Positions 12,546 to 26,466 of a stretch of DNA of 64,000 nt are shown here, in pieces. The notes below the pieces were generated by a model. It was not told the DNA's origin, searched no databases, and was given only the letters and a program-made list of their open reading frames with translations. Every line of letters begins with the position of its first letter. Within the stretch, counting starts at the first letter, position 1. Made by a program: the position numbers and the translations under genes. The stretch is from assembly GCA_000165425.1 (NCBI GenBank), contig CT868047.1, forward strand, positions 62,001 through 126,000, given 5' to 3'. Origin of the DNA: Paramecium tetraurelia. Its lineage: Eukaryota.

Positions 12546-13793
12546 ATGAGTTCATAGAAAAAGGATTACAATATCACCCTTTCTTTCTTTGGAAAGTCAA
12601 CCTAAGTTACTATAGAAAAAAGTACTACAACCTTAGAACTTTACTAATTTTTAGAGGAAGCCTATCCATAGTATTCATCCATTGTATTATATTAGGGAGT
12701 TTGAAAAAGTAAAATACAAGAGTCTTAAATTCTTCTTGCCTGCTCAGAATAAATTTTTAAACATTAATCAGTCGACTTTAGAAACCGTTTTTGATAATTA
12801 CAACAATTATATAATGGAGTTGAAAGAAGATCTGCCTAGGAATGACTCTAATTGTTTTGCATCATCTAATGCAATTCCTAAAAAGCAAGTACAGACTGAA
12901 TAAGAGATCCAACAGAATTTCTAACCTTAAGACATCTAGCATTAATAGAATTAGTAAAATTAAATATATGCATAATAATGGGAATAACAATAATAACTCT
13001 ATAATTAGAATGTAATTTAAAACAACAATCAATAAAATTAATAATTCTAATATAATGATTAGACTCAATAACTGAATCAATAAGCATAAAATTAAGACTA
13101 TAATCAATAATAATTTTAATAATGGAGTATGCAATAAGATAATACAAATAATTAGAAGAATTAAAAAAAGTAAATTCAATATAATCATTTTTAGGACTCT
13201 CAGACTCCAATACAAAAATAATTAAATCCAATAAGTTGTTGATGAAACACTAACAGTAGATGAATTATATGCTCACTTTTATGATTAATTTAATATTGAA
13301 GGGGAAGTTAAATTGTTTTGGCAAGATTTGGAGTTATCTTGTTTGGAGCAATATGGAAGTATTTTTAACCAAGGAATTCAAAACGACTCCATAATTGAAT
13401 GCATAAGGTTTAATATTGATATAATTATTGAAATTTTTGATCGTCAGAGATAAGTGAGCCTCTAATAGAACAACCATTCATCTTTATCAACAATAAACGA
13501 AATCATATAAGTCATTTATATATACCTAGGGAAGACAGAGTACTTTATTTAATAATTCTAGAGAAACCATTAGTATAGAACTCTATCTCAGTAAAGACAA
13601 TTCTCCAATATAACAGCAGAATCAAAACAATTCATCAGCAACATAACTAAGTCAATCTTTTGAAAATGAATAACAAATAAGAGCCAATAAATATAATTGT
13701 ACCCTTAAAGAGTTGAATTTAATTGACAGCCCTCTAAAATTTAAGGCTAAAGTAAGGTATAATGGAGGATCAATAAAATCAATTTTAAATTGA
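12546..13793 (+). CDS. Protein with ubiquitin-like domains, Q/N-rich linker and C-terminal di-glycine (RYNGG + 7-aa tail)
   Basis: Introns 12671-12695, 13170-13194 and ~13540-13561. N-terminal domain shared with the 31983/34223 genes. Ubl-like TLTVDELY...VKLFW..LELS...GIQNDSIIEC. Ends KFKAKVRYNGGSIKSILN-TGA. Confidence 0.65.
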
Positions 13794-14448
13794 TTTTTTT
13801 CAAGTATTTTATTTGATAACAAAAAAAATCTATTTTAATTTCTGAAAGTCTTTAAAGCAATTATTGAACTGAGTCTTCATGATTTAATTAAGAACTTTTA
13901 GGGAATCTGCATACTCTTCAGAATTCAAATACTTAAGTTTGTAAAATCTTCATGAATCTGCTTTAAAAGTAAAATGGTTTTACTTGTTCCATTAAAATGC
14001 GTCAGTAAGTTCCATTATATGTATTATGCGTTGAATTAGCTGCATAAATTGTAAATCATACAAAATATCTGAAGTTGATGCTTGAAAATAAATTCCTGAA
14101 TTTGAAGTATGCAATCTATGAGATGGCTGCTCTAAAGCCACTCTGTTAAGAAGAAAGTATATAGGACTTATCTAAGAGTATCACCAGTGATGGCTCTCAA
14201 CTTAGAACTCTATTGAAAAGGGAGTTTAATTTTTTAAAGAAATCATTAACTTGAAGTTTTAATAATGCTCGAATAGCACTGGATAGGATTATTTAAACTT
14301 GAAATAATGGATTTCATTAGGAAATCATATGCTTCTGATTTCTCAGAATAAAAATTACAACCTATAAAGAGTTAACATATTTCTAATCTATTCTCACTTA
14401 TTCAAGCATGTGTTTAAAAATGAATATTATAATTAAAATTATTATCAT

Positions 14449-15790
14449 ATGATTCATAATTCGAATAGAAATCCAATCACAGATCCTTATTCTTTAGAGG
14501 ATCAATTAGCAAGAGAATTGCAAAAACGAAAAGTTGAAGAGGAGAAAAGGAGAAGAGAAATTGAAAGAATTTGCGCTGAGAGTGAGGAAATCAAACTACT
14601 TAAATAAAAAGTTTAGACTGCATATGTGACCAAAGAGAGAACTTAATAATTGGCTGAATAATAGTTGAGAAGAATTTAAGAGTTGGTATATATAGTCAGT
14701 TATATTTTCAAAATAGAAATAAGAAAGTGAAATAGAAGCAGCGATTCTTGAAAAGTTGAAAAGAGAACAAGAGGAAGAAAGATCCAAAGAGAAATTTAGA
14801 CTCCAATAAAGACTAGAGGGGAAATATGTATTTGAATTCATCATCATCAATAGACATTATAAAAATAAATGAAAGAACATGAGCAATTAAGAGATGAAGC
14901 TAGAGAATAATACATTTATGAGAAGGAACAAGTTAATAGAGTCATTCACTAATTAATTAATGAGGATCGCAAGTTTTTAGAGGATTAGGCAAAAAAGAAG
15001 AAAATTGCTTTCTCAGACATGTAAAATGCTTTAAGAGAAAAGGCAGAATTGATATTTAGAATGAAATAACGAGAAAGAGAGGAGAATCAGAAATATTTGG
15101 ATTTTATAAAAGAAAAGGATAGATAGGCTCATGAAATTAAGGTGAAAAAATAAGAAGAAAATGCAGCTAAGTATAAGTTTTTACAATTTCTTTAGAGATA
15201 AGATATTTCAAAAATTGAAGGAAGAGGAGGAAAGAAGAAGATAAGAAGCAGAATTATTGACTGAACTTAGATTTCAACTCTATCAAGAATAATATGATGC
15301 TTAGTAGAGATAAAAAGATATTGATGAAGCTAATAAGAGAGAATTTCAAAAAAGAGAGATGTAGTAGGCTGAACAAGAAGCAAGATTAAAAAAGTAAAGA
15401 TAGAAGGAGGAAGAATAATAGATGGAAAGAGATTTCAGAGATCAAATGATGAGAAAGTTTGCTGAAGATGATAAACTTGAATAATTAGGATAATAAAAAC
15501 GAAGAATGAAGGAAATAGAACATAAAAGAGAAGTTGAAAGATTATGGCAATAGAAATTGGAAATGTATTAAATGGAAAAGCAGAAAGAACTTGAATAACT
15601 AGAAAGATAAAGAAGAGAAGAGGCTTATAAATAATTAGTGGTAGAGGAGGAAAAAAATCGTATTCTTCAAGAACATTTACAATAAGTTGGAGAATTCATT
15701 CCAAAAGGACTCCTATTAAAATAAGGAGATTCTCAATTTATTAAGTAAGGATAATCAAATGCAAGTTATTAATCTGGTTTTAGAATATGA
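14449..15790 (+). CDS. MNS1: MNS1/CFAP127-like axonemal coiled-coil (TPH domain) protein
   Basis: ICAESEEIKLLKQKVQTAYVTKERTQQLAE, KFAEDDKLEQ, C-terminal HLQQVGEFIPKG match recalled MNS1 motifs. Confidence 0.8.
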
Positions 15791-15991
15791 AATTATAAAT
15801 TTTAAATATTTACAATATAAACATATAAGATTTTGTTAAAATAATCATTTTTATTACATTTTAATCTTCTTATATTGTAGATGTGATAAATTTATAATTT
15901 AATTGGAAAGTTAAAATTAGAGTAAATATTGTAGAAGAATATATGATTATGATAAAATCTAATAGATTTATTAAACATATCCTTTTCCAAC

Positions 15992-17560
15992 TCAACAAAG
16001 TATATTATAATCAAATTATTATATTAACATAGGACCAGAGCTTTATATTTAAAATTCGTTAATTTCAGGGATTTAATCATATCCTAGACCGTTGTTGTAG
16101 ATCATTGTTTTTTGAAGAGCTTTTTTGAGCATACCTTTAGAATAAATACTATAAATACTTAGATTTATGTAAAAGTGCTCTCTCTTGCTTTTTACGAAAG
16201 CAATTGCTTGATCTAAGGGAATTTGTAAGACAGATGCCAAATATATCACTGCAAGTGAGGGTGCTCTTCCAATTCCTGAAGTACAATGAATGTACACAAA
16301 TTCATACTGGTTAATTAGTTTTTTGAGAATTTATACTGCTTTAGTTATTTTTTTTTCAAAATCTTAGGGATCCATATCAAAGATTTCAAAGTTCTTCATA
16401 TAAATATTGTGTTTCTTATAACTAGCTAATATTTCATCCCAATCTACTCCTCGGTGATAGACATCCAATCTTGTTTGTAGATTTAGGACAGCTCTGATTC
16501 CATAGTTACTCAAGTTGATTATATCTTATTCATTTTATGGATAAGGACCTATAATAATGTTTTCATTTATTTGAGTGATGGAGAATTGAACAACGAAGTT
16601 CCAATCCAGTTTGTTCAGTCTTCCAAAGGACTCATAGTAAAAAAACGAAGGTTCCTTATCCGAAAATGAATAACCCATACTAGTTTCTTTGTTAGATTTT
16701 TGTTGCTTTTCTGAACAAAATGATCCATTTTTTTTATTGTGATGTCTCAAATGTTAACAGGCAGTCAACAATTGAGTTTTGATTTTGATTGGAGATTTGG
16801 CATACTGATCCTGAACTTATCGAAAGGATCTGAGATCGCTTGACTTCAAAAATCTTCCATTGCCTCTTTCCCATATCATTGAACCCGTGTCATCATTCCT
16901 AATGACGTAAAAATATCGGAATGAGAAATTCATTGAGTCTACGATGAAGGAGATGGACCATTGTTACACTGACTCCCCGTTTACTAATGTTACTGAATCA
17001 AAAATTACATATGTCTATTTTGGTTTATTATTTCATTAGTACTGGGTGAATCCATTAGCCCAATTACTCAATACTGCCTATAACCATCATTCTTTGTTTT
17101 TCAGGTAAGTTGTAATTTAATTTCAATTTAATTGTTCTATACCCCCAATATTCACCTTTAATAATTAATTATAGTAAATACAATTAAAATATTCAGACTT
17201 TGTCTCATTCTAAATCATATGGTTGGTGATTACTCTATTTTCTCCAGGTTCCCATAGTATATCATTCATAGTGGGATAATCGTAATTGTTAACTATGAAT
17301 TTGTACTCAATTTTGGAATATTTAGATCGATCTATTTTTATACATATTGTCCATTCATCATTCTTTTTTAAATATTATTCAAATAATACCTCATTCCATT
17401 ATAGTCGTAGTCCTTTAGTAGGAACCCAATTGCCAAGAATACTGCAATCTCCTACAATATAAATTGCTCTTCCAGGTTGAGTGTGATAATGAATTTTGAA
17501 ATACACCTTAAAATATGGTATTGGAAGCGTTGCAGTTGTAGATATTGATTGCTTTTTCAT
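15992..17560 (-). CDS. Laforin/SEX4-like glucan phosphatase with two CBM20 domains and a DSP domain
   Basis: CBM20-1 IYIVGDCSILGNW...EYKF...WEPGENR; CBM20-2 VIGSIEQLGQW...YFYVI...WERGNGR; DSP IIIGPYP, AVLNLQT, DMD, HCTSGIGRA. Confidence 0.85.
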
Positions 17561-18071
17561 TTAATATTTCTTTTGAAAATTAATTTATTATATAATCAAA
17601 ATCAATCTAGCTCTTCGTCGTAAAATCTAGAAAATTAAAGGAAATAGCTTAAACAATGTGTGGAGAATGTAAACCTTTAATTTCTAAAACAAGGAGTGGC
17701 TAGCTCCATATACTTGGAATTTTTAAATTTCTTCTTCAATTAAATCCTGAAATTAAGATTATATTTCATAACTCATTTTCATGATTCGTACTTAATTTGT
17801 TCCCTTAGTGATAATATATAATCTATTTTCATAATTATTAAATTCGAACTTTAATAAAGCATTTTATAAATTCCATCTTGTATAATATTCTTAAAATGTA
17901 ATTTCAAATAAGTAAATAATAAAGGCGATATCATTTCAAAACGAATAATAATCAAATAAACAAATGACTGATGTGTCGCAAAAAATAAAAATATTGTTCA
18001 TTAAAATATAAATTCTGATTTTTTAAGTAAGTACCTAAGATGAAGATATAAATCTAAATATTTATCATAAA

Positions 18072-19607
18072 TCATTCAGTTTTCAATCTTCCTTTAGTAG
18101 GTTAAAGAAATTCAATAATAGTATGAGGAGCTATTCTTTTATCAGGATCAATAGTAAGCATTTCTCGAAGTAAGAGTCTAATTTCTAAATCAACTTTAAT
18201 TCCTGTTAATAAGCAAAATAGCAATACCTGAATAATTATTGTCCAGATAATAGTCTAAATTTTTGACCACATGAATTTGTTTGTTTATAATTTAATCAAA
18301 AGCCCTATTCTTAACAGCAAATAAGCCTTGCTCAATTACTTCCTTATTGTGATGCTTTACAATGATTTTATTGTTCAACCAGAGAGGAATCCCATAAACA
18401 ATTTCTAAAATTACACAACCTAATGACCATATGTCTATAACCCAAGGTTTATAGTAATTTTGTAAGACTTTGAATAGTTTTACATCATAATCCTTGCCAT
18501 TTTCATAGAGGACGTAATTTAGGATTTCTGGAGACATATATTCAGGAGTCGCCATAGAGAACTGGGAGAGATCATCAAATATGAAACTACTCCCATAATC
18601 GATCAATTTGGTTTAGGTAATTTGATAAGATCCATTAAGACATTTAGATTTTTTAATGAGTATGTTTTCTGTTTTAAGATCGCAATGGACAATCCGTTAT
18701 TCAGTTAATAATATTAAAGCATGAGCGACATCTTTGATTATCCTCTTTAAAATATTGAGATCTTATTTTAAACTTATGTATAATGGTTTTTAGATCATCT
18801 TGAATATTGACATGATTAATTACTTTGTATACAATTTCATTTTTAATTTGTTATCCTTTCAACTCATACAGAGTATTTTTCAGATTCTCTCCACATACCT
18901 CTGTGAAAATCCAGGTATCAGTACTTCCGATTTCAAATCCCAAATATTATACTAGACTTTTGATTCCTAAGGTTGACTTGAGTTAAGGTTTTGGAATCCC
19001 ATTGTCAAAAAAATGAGATCCAAACCAAATTTCACGGAGGTAAGTTTGATTTGTGGTGGATTATTTAATTTATTTAATTGCAACCCTCATTTTGGTAGTT
19101 TTATGTTCTCCCAGCCAAACCAAGGAGAAGCCACCCTTCCCAAGAAGTTTAATCTTTTGAAACTGCAAAGGGAAATTATCAGGACCTGTATCATCCTCAA
19201 GGGAATGCTTCTGACTACTACTTTTCTGTCTTTTACTAGTGTTATTAAGAATATTGTTTTTTCTATCTGCACTTTTAGTAGATGTGAATGCATTGCTGAA
19301 TGATCTAGATTTAGATTATTTATTAGTAATGTAGGAGTCTAAATATAAGTAATCATCTAATGTGTCCATTCCTTATTCTGTTTTCTAAGTTAACCAATAT
19401 CATTACGAGTCTTTTGCTAACGGATTTCTTTTTGCTATTCATCATACTCACTATCGCTTCCTTTTCGAATTAATCAATTTTGCTAGATAACTATGGTCGT
19501 GGTCTGTCCTTCTTTGCTTTCTCAATCGAGCTCTAACGCATTTATGGCTTTGTTCTCCCATTGTGAGGACTCTGATTCTTCGTTTTAAAAAAACTATTAT
19601 AAAGCAT
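18072..19607 (-). CDS. Ser/Thr protein kinase (CMGC/DYRK-like)
   Basis: LGKGGFSLV, VAIK, HCDLKTEN, IDYG, TPEYMSPE, DIWSLGC, DPDKR. Start is approximate. Confidence 0.85.
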
Positions 19608-20904
19608 AAATTAATTAGAATTAAACCCATATTATTTCGTGGATGTTCTAACTATATAATTATTTATAATCAATTCATTCACAATAATTATGATGACTTT
19701 AAACGCTTCGACATGAATATAATGATATAACACTTCCCGACTGAAATATATTTTTATTTTCAACTCCCTTAGAATACATCAATGCCAGTAATAATCATAA
19801 TCCAGTTTGCTTCAAGCCCCACTAATCCAAGCCATCTCCAGTATTATCTACAGCCCGACAATCCACTACATCATGGATAGGCTTCAAGTAGTCCTGCATC
19901 AGTTTAGCACTCTAAGCCTTCTCCCTTTCATTACTGGCTGTATACAGAATCTTGGCATTCTAAATCTTGCTTATGATAAATTACTCATCAAAAAACTGTC
20001 TATTTTAAGTATAAAACCAATACTTTTGATTGAAATTCAAATTCTGAATGAATGTATGAATACTTGTCTTTGCCCATTAATATTTGAATTGATTTACCAA
20101 CACTTCCAGGCAATTTAACACATATTATTATCTTTATTTCATATGAAACTCTTTGTTATTATACTATAAATGAATAATATTACTAGAAACTATTCAAAAT
20201 CATACAGAATTTCATATTCATATGTTTCGATTTATTACAATGAGTTTTGTTATTCAATATCAACAAGTTCCAACATTTAGGCAGTATTTAAATCATCTAT
20301 AATTTTCTTGAATTCCTTCAGTGCGTTGTTAAATTAAAAGGTTTTAATATTCAATTGAATTTTTAGTATTTCTATAATTTAAATGTGCTTAGGAAGTTAA
20401 CAGAGTTCAAAAATTTCAATAACCAATTGATCACATTCATGTTACTTCAATTGATACTTTGTGATTGACAAACAATAAAGGATCTACAATAAATGATAAT
20501 CATAGAATTTGTTTTTAAATTCCTTAATTAGTAACTTAATTTTATTCAAAGCTGTGAATATTTTATTATCATTAGTTAGATATTTGAGTACTAAGCACAT
20601 AGCTTATTAGCAACTCATCTATTCTTTTTATGAACTCTCTTCTGCTTTCACTTTTTTGTTCTAATCTCCATAAATCTATTTCTCCACTTGATGCAATTGT
20701 TAACCCTACTTAACTTATTAATTTACTTTAGTCTTTTTGAAAAGTTGTTTGTCCAAAACTCTCTCTGCTTCCGTTCTGCAGTATTGCTCCCTATCAGTTC
20801 CTCATTTCGATTATTATTCTTATTCAAAAAATATATATTATAAACTTAGAGTAAAATAATCAAGCAAATTTAATAAAGATATAAATAATTTATTAGAATA
20901 ACAA

Positions 20905-22030
20905 ATGTCCCCATTACCAGAACCAAACAATAATGGAATTCAAACACCTGAGAATAGAGAAGTAAATTTAACACTAAATGTTAGGCCTACAGATTTATTT
21001 ACAAGAACAAGGAATATGATTTTACAGAATATGTTCCTAAACACCCTGCAGGAAGAAGTTTCTTTGATAAAATGAAAGATGAGAAATAAGACATTACCGA
21101 ATATTTTAGGTACAATTATCCCTATATTTTAGCTGTCTACATTCAAAAAAGGCATTGAAAATATTAAAGTCCTAAAAAGTTGTGCGTACTGATCTTAAGG
21201 AATCAGAAGACAGCAAACGTTATTCTCATATCAAGAAGTAAGTCAAAGATCTTTTCTAACCAGATTGGACCATTGAAATCCTTCTCCTCGTAGCATTGAG
21301 TCTTGGATTATATCTTGGTGTCACAACTGATTGGTACATAGCCATACCGACAATTGCACTAACTTAGATAGTGGCTGGGTATTTATATGTATCATATATC
21401 ACTTAGATGGTAAGGCCATTCCACCAATCATAATCGACATCCATTGTTGTATAAGTTCTCCATTCCCTATGGTATCCTCCATGGCTTCTCCGCAGACTGG
21501 TGGTAATTCAAACATAATAACCATCATATCTTCACTAACAGAATTGGAAAGGATGATGACATCGATCACACATATTAAATGTGGTAATACGGATTCCTCT
21601 ATTTAAAATGGAAGGTTGATTCAGTCATTGCATCCTATAATAAAATTGACATTCTCTACGTGTTGATGCATCAAGTTATTGTATTCTAATAAAAAATTTG
21701 GATCTATTTGGTTGCACAATATATCGCAGGATTCTTCAGTGCATGCATTCTCATTGGAAATCATGAAAGAGAATATAAATTCTACAAAAAGATTGACAAG
21801 CCATTCATTGAACATTAAATCATCACCTCCAGAAATTATGACTGGACAGGTATTTTAATTAAATCTATATAGATTGGTTATCCAATTTGATAATGGGAGG
21901 CATGCAATTCTAAACAGAACATCATTTATTTCCTCAAATCCCATTTTATAGATTGCCTCATGCAGCCAAAATTATTAACAGAGAATTGAATAAATTTGGA
22001 TATAAAATTCGTGTGGATAAGATATTGTGA
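20905..22030 (+). CDS. Front-end (delta-5/6/8-type) fatty-acid desaturase with N-terminal cytochrome b5 domain
   Basis: YDFTEYVPKHPAG; His boxes GHSTNH, HNNHH and QTEHHLFP. Confidence 0.9.
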
Positions 22031-22834
22031 TATATTTTTATTAAAATAAATAAAATTTGAAAATTTATATTCAAATATAGTCTAATGATTCAATTTAGTA
22101 ATTCTCTCTACTCTTCAGTTCATTTGAAATAAAATACATTTTAACCATAATCCTATAATTTTTATTGATTATTTTTAAATACTAATAATAATAAAAGATT
22201 CTTATCAAGTTGCATCATATTCATTTTCCTAAAATGTAGTCTTACTTTTGCCTTTATTAGTTATCCAAAAAATCATTAAACTCCAAATACTAGTCAACAA
22301 ATTAATTGCATAATTCATTTTTTACTACTGTTTAGTAAATTAGAGATTTTTTAAAAAGTTGATTATTATATATTTAAAATCTAATATCAATAAAATTTTA
22401 CTTCTTTAAAATTAAATTATAATTTTTATTTCATATTAATTAAGTTTATCGTTTTATTTATGAAGTGTTGCATGATCTAAAACAACTGTTTTTTTAATGA
22501 TAGCAATGCTTATGAGACTTTCTAGATACATAGATACTATCTAATTTATTATTCATACTTATCTTTATTTGTTAATAGATATTTCTAATTGATAAAATAA
22601 TTGTTATATTAATGTTGATTTTAAGTTTTTGATCAAAAATTATCCAATCCTGATTAGAAAATCTGTAATTTATAACTTATTTCATCTAAAAATTTATTGT
22701 TTAGAATCAAAAAACCATAAAAAAATTTATAAATTTGATTTTGGAAATTACACTATTTTGTGGGGAGTATAATAATTCTAGATTTAAGAGACTCTGTTAA
22801 TAAATATAAAATAGACTATTTATATAGTTTAATG

Positions 22835-23987
22835 TCAATCTTTTTTAGTTTTCTTAAGATTCAAATATCGAACTTCATTTTCTTCATCTAAATCGTTATA
22901 AAAAGTAAATGATTATTTTCTACTTTTTTATCCTTCTGCCTCTTACTATACATCAGGTATTTAGGGATGAGAATCTTTTTAGGCTTCTTTTTCCGATTTT
23001 GGTACATTTATTAAATCAGATAAACTCAATTTTCTGTTGTTTAAATACTTTGAAATTTTTACCCTGGGTTATTATGAGATATTGAATACATGATAAAATG
23101 AAAGAAGGACTCGTCATTTCCTGGTCTTGATTCTTCACTTAATTTGTGATCAGAATTTGTAGGGTTATTTTTTTCTTGCTGCATTGATTACTGTTGTATT
23201 TATTATTCATCATTTTGATCAATTTGTTCAATTTCTGAAATAGACTTATAAGCATTTTGAATCTATTGGAGAGCCATGATCTATCCCTTTTCCTTATGTA
23301 GATTGCATATTTCTTTCAGAAGTTCATCTGGTATTTGAGACATATCTGATACATCTTAGAGTTTTTTTTGTATTTTCAATTATTATTACCAATATAATGT
23401 GACTTATTCCTTAGTGGGATTATATATTTGTTATTCAGGCAAATTGAGGTCTAGGATACCCTATTGCAATTGGGCTTTGATTTATTATTATTGTTGATTA
23501 GACTCCGCCTACATAGACTCTGCGTTTAATTGGATTTCATCTTCGGATACATCTAAAAATAAATATATAAAATATAAGTGCATACCCATAATAGAGTTAT
23601 TCTTCTATTTTATTTACATTTATTCATCTTCAGAATATTAATGGAACATCTTATTCACAAAGATTTCTTTAATCTCGGAACTCTTCAGTCCATTAATTTG
23701 TTTGTGAAATTCTTTCTCCAAACGATTGAAAAATTTCTGAGCATGAGACCTGAAGTAGTTATCATTTGTTAAGATACCTTATTTATGCTCCACTTCTTGT
23801 ACCAACATATTCTTCTACTTTCTTCCAATTCTTTCCATGTAAACTCAATGCTTCAACAAATCTCTGATGTTCTTCCTTAACCCACCTACCTTATACTACT
23901 TCACCCTATACTATCTCTTAATTTGATAATTGCTACTTCACTATCATCCAAAGATTTAGATTACTTCCTTTTATTAAGTTAAGCCAT
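22835..23987 (-). CDS. SHAQKY-class Myb DNA-binding protein
   Basis: GRWVKEEHQRFVEALSLHGKNWKKVEEYVGTRSGAQI-(intron)-RSHAQKFF. Confidence 0.9.
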
Positions 23988-24628
23988 ATTAATTAATTTT
24001 ATTAAAATTGAATTCAAACATTTCTAAACCATAAATTAAAAGATGATCAATTCAGACAATAGAAACCACACAATCTGGAAGTTCTTCAAATATGACTATT
24101 CTTGATAGTTATTGTCTACTCACACTGAATTGACTACAGGAAGGTGATTAAATAAGAGATGGCTGATAAAAACACATGAATATAAAATAACTTCTCATCC
24201 CATTAGAAATAATCATAACAAGAATCTACATGGATAAATCAGACAATAGGTGTCAGTCATTGATTAATATTATAAATATAGTTATATTAGAAACTCAACC
24301 TTATATAACCATTTGGTTAGATAAACTTCTTGAGATATTTGTTTCTTTTGATAACTAATAATAATTATTGTAATTTAAGCACATTAAGCATGCTTAACTA
24401 AATGATTGCAGCTTAATTTTACTCAAACAGTGTTTAGAAAGACAATAAATTATATAATGCATTTTTGATTGTCTTAAGAAACTGCTAAATTTAGAATTAT
24501 TGATATTTTATTGCAATTCAAAAATTAATTTAAGATTTGATAAATGATTGTATCTAGATTCAAACTAAGGATGATATCTTCAATTAAAATATTCATGGCA
24601 AGTAAATACAAATAATTAATCATACTGA

Positions 24629-25122
24629 TCATTTACAAAGTTTATAAGGTTTCATTCCAATAATTTCTTCGCAGGATGGACAATAATGTATAATGTCCCT
24701 GCATTCCGAAACAAAGCATGGAATCCAAAATAATGGCCAGAAAATCAGTAATATCAAGAGAGTGACAATTAGTGCACCACAACCATATTATTTCTCGATT
24801 CTAGAGATGACTTATTTTTAACATTTTTGACAGAATACTTTGGTTGGTTGTTCTTAGTCATTAGCATTCGTTGGCAAGTTTTTACTAGCATTTAATGCAT
24901 TATTTACCCTTTCGATTCTATAATGCTTTATTCGATTATTCTGTCGAAAGAATAATCTACCCGACTGGGACTATACGGAAGTGATTTCGATAAACAATTG
25001 CTCTATTCATTGAGAAACCCTATCGAGGTACTTTGTGATATAATTAACTTCGGACTGTTCTAATTACTATTATTTAATTATTTAGTTGTATTGGCTCTCT
25101 AGAATTCAGACTTCTTATTCAT
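24629..25122 (-). CDS. LITAF-domain protein
   Basis: PTKVFCQKC...hydrophobic LIVTLLILLIFWPLFWIP...DIIHYCPSCEEIIG; one 23-nt intron. Confidence 0.9.
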
Positions 25123-26466
25123 TTTATTTAAATATATTTAAATTCTTTATAAAGTTTTAAAGAGCTTAAATTAATCAATCATTGTATCCGAACCCAATTA
25201 CGAAAAAATTGTTTCTATTTATATTTTGTTCAATTAAGAGAAAATTTTGAAATCAAGCTAAACAATAATCATACCTTAGCTAAATTATCTAAATTTACTA
25301 CATTTTTCCTAGTTATTACTTAATTAATCGTTAGAGACTTATCTAAGTATCACCAGTTGAAATATTTATGAGGAACTTCCTAATAATTTACTGAACGGAA
25401 TCTTTCCATTTTTTTAATCATTGCTTCTCAAAATCTACTCGTTATCTTTATTAAAATAACAAATCCCCACTAATATTTTCTATTATTTATCCTCATCATC
25501 TAATATATAATTTCTGATTCTTATATTTGAAAATTATATTAATGGAAAAATTACTATTTTCTTAATTCCCTACATTAAATCGTCTTCCTTATATAGATCA
25601 AGCAAATTACAACAGAATATTGACACATCAGCACCTGCTAATGTGGTAGATAAAATGCATTATCATTAGTTTATCATTGATCTTTATCTGCAATCAATAG
25701 GAATAATTACTTGCTTTGAAGTCAAGACTTATAATTGAGAAAACTTCCATTCCCTTCTTATTTATTGTATTACTACTCTCTATTCATTTTGATTCTGAAA
25801 AAGTCACTCATTCCATAATATGCCGGTAGGACATTAAATTTGATGGTAAGCAAAACGAATTTTTAATTCATATATTTATTGAACTTTAATTATCACCTTC
25901 TTATTATAAGATTATAATATATTCTCAGCTTAATATATAATAGCACTAACAAAAAATACATATCTATCTTTTTATCCAATAAGAACTGTAAATGTATGGA
26001 TTGGTCTAATGAGAGATAAATAAGTAATAAGCTAAAAATAATATAAATTCTGTTTTACCCTAAAAATCAAAGTTCTCCTTAAAGGATCGATCGAAATATA
26101 CCTAGTTTGTGTGAAGTGTAATTGTCTATGAGAATCACATGTCTATTCAATTAATAAATATTCTAAATTAAGATTAATTATATCTATTGTCCTATACTAT
26201 AGAACTAATGATTTTTTATATTAATTTATTGTTAGGTAATTTTAAAAGTCATAAGTTAAGTTTACGTTAATTAAATTGATATGATAAAGTAAAAATAATT
26301 TGACTAATTTGACTAAGCATTTCTAATTACTTTTAATGTTGGAATTGTTCAATACACAACGAAATTGGATATAAATTAAAATTGCATTTCATAATAAAAT
26401 CATAGATTTAGAATTAATAGTCAATTGTAAAGAATATATTGATACTTATAATAGAGGATTTAATAA

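Noticed and set aside
12862..13231. Two 117-aa Leu/Ile-rich minus-strand ORFs in the track
   Set aside because: Antisense shadows of the TAA/TAG/AAT-rich Q/N linker of the plus-strand gene. The same applies to most hydrophobic-looking track ORFs (e.g. 1776-2076, 14596-14850, 59223-59555).
13820..14410. Possible small minus-strand gene with intron-like sites
   Set aside because: Every frame and intron combination I tried hit TGA; left unannotated.
19700..20820. Two GC-richer minus-strand segments that look coding
   Set aside because: No coherent ORF or motif resolved; may be small genes or relics.
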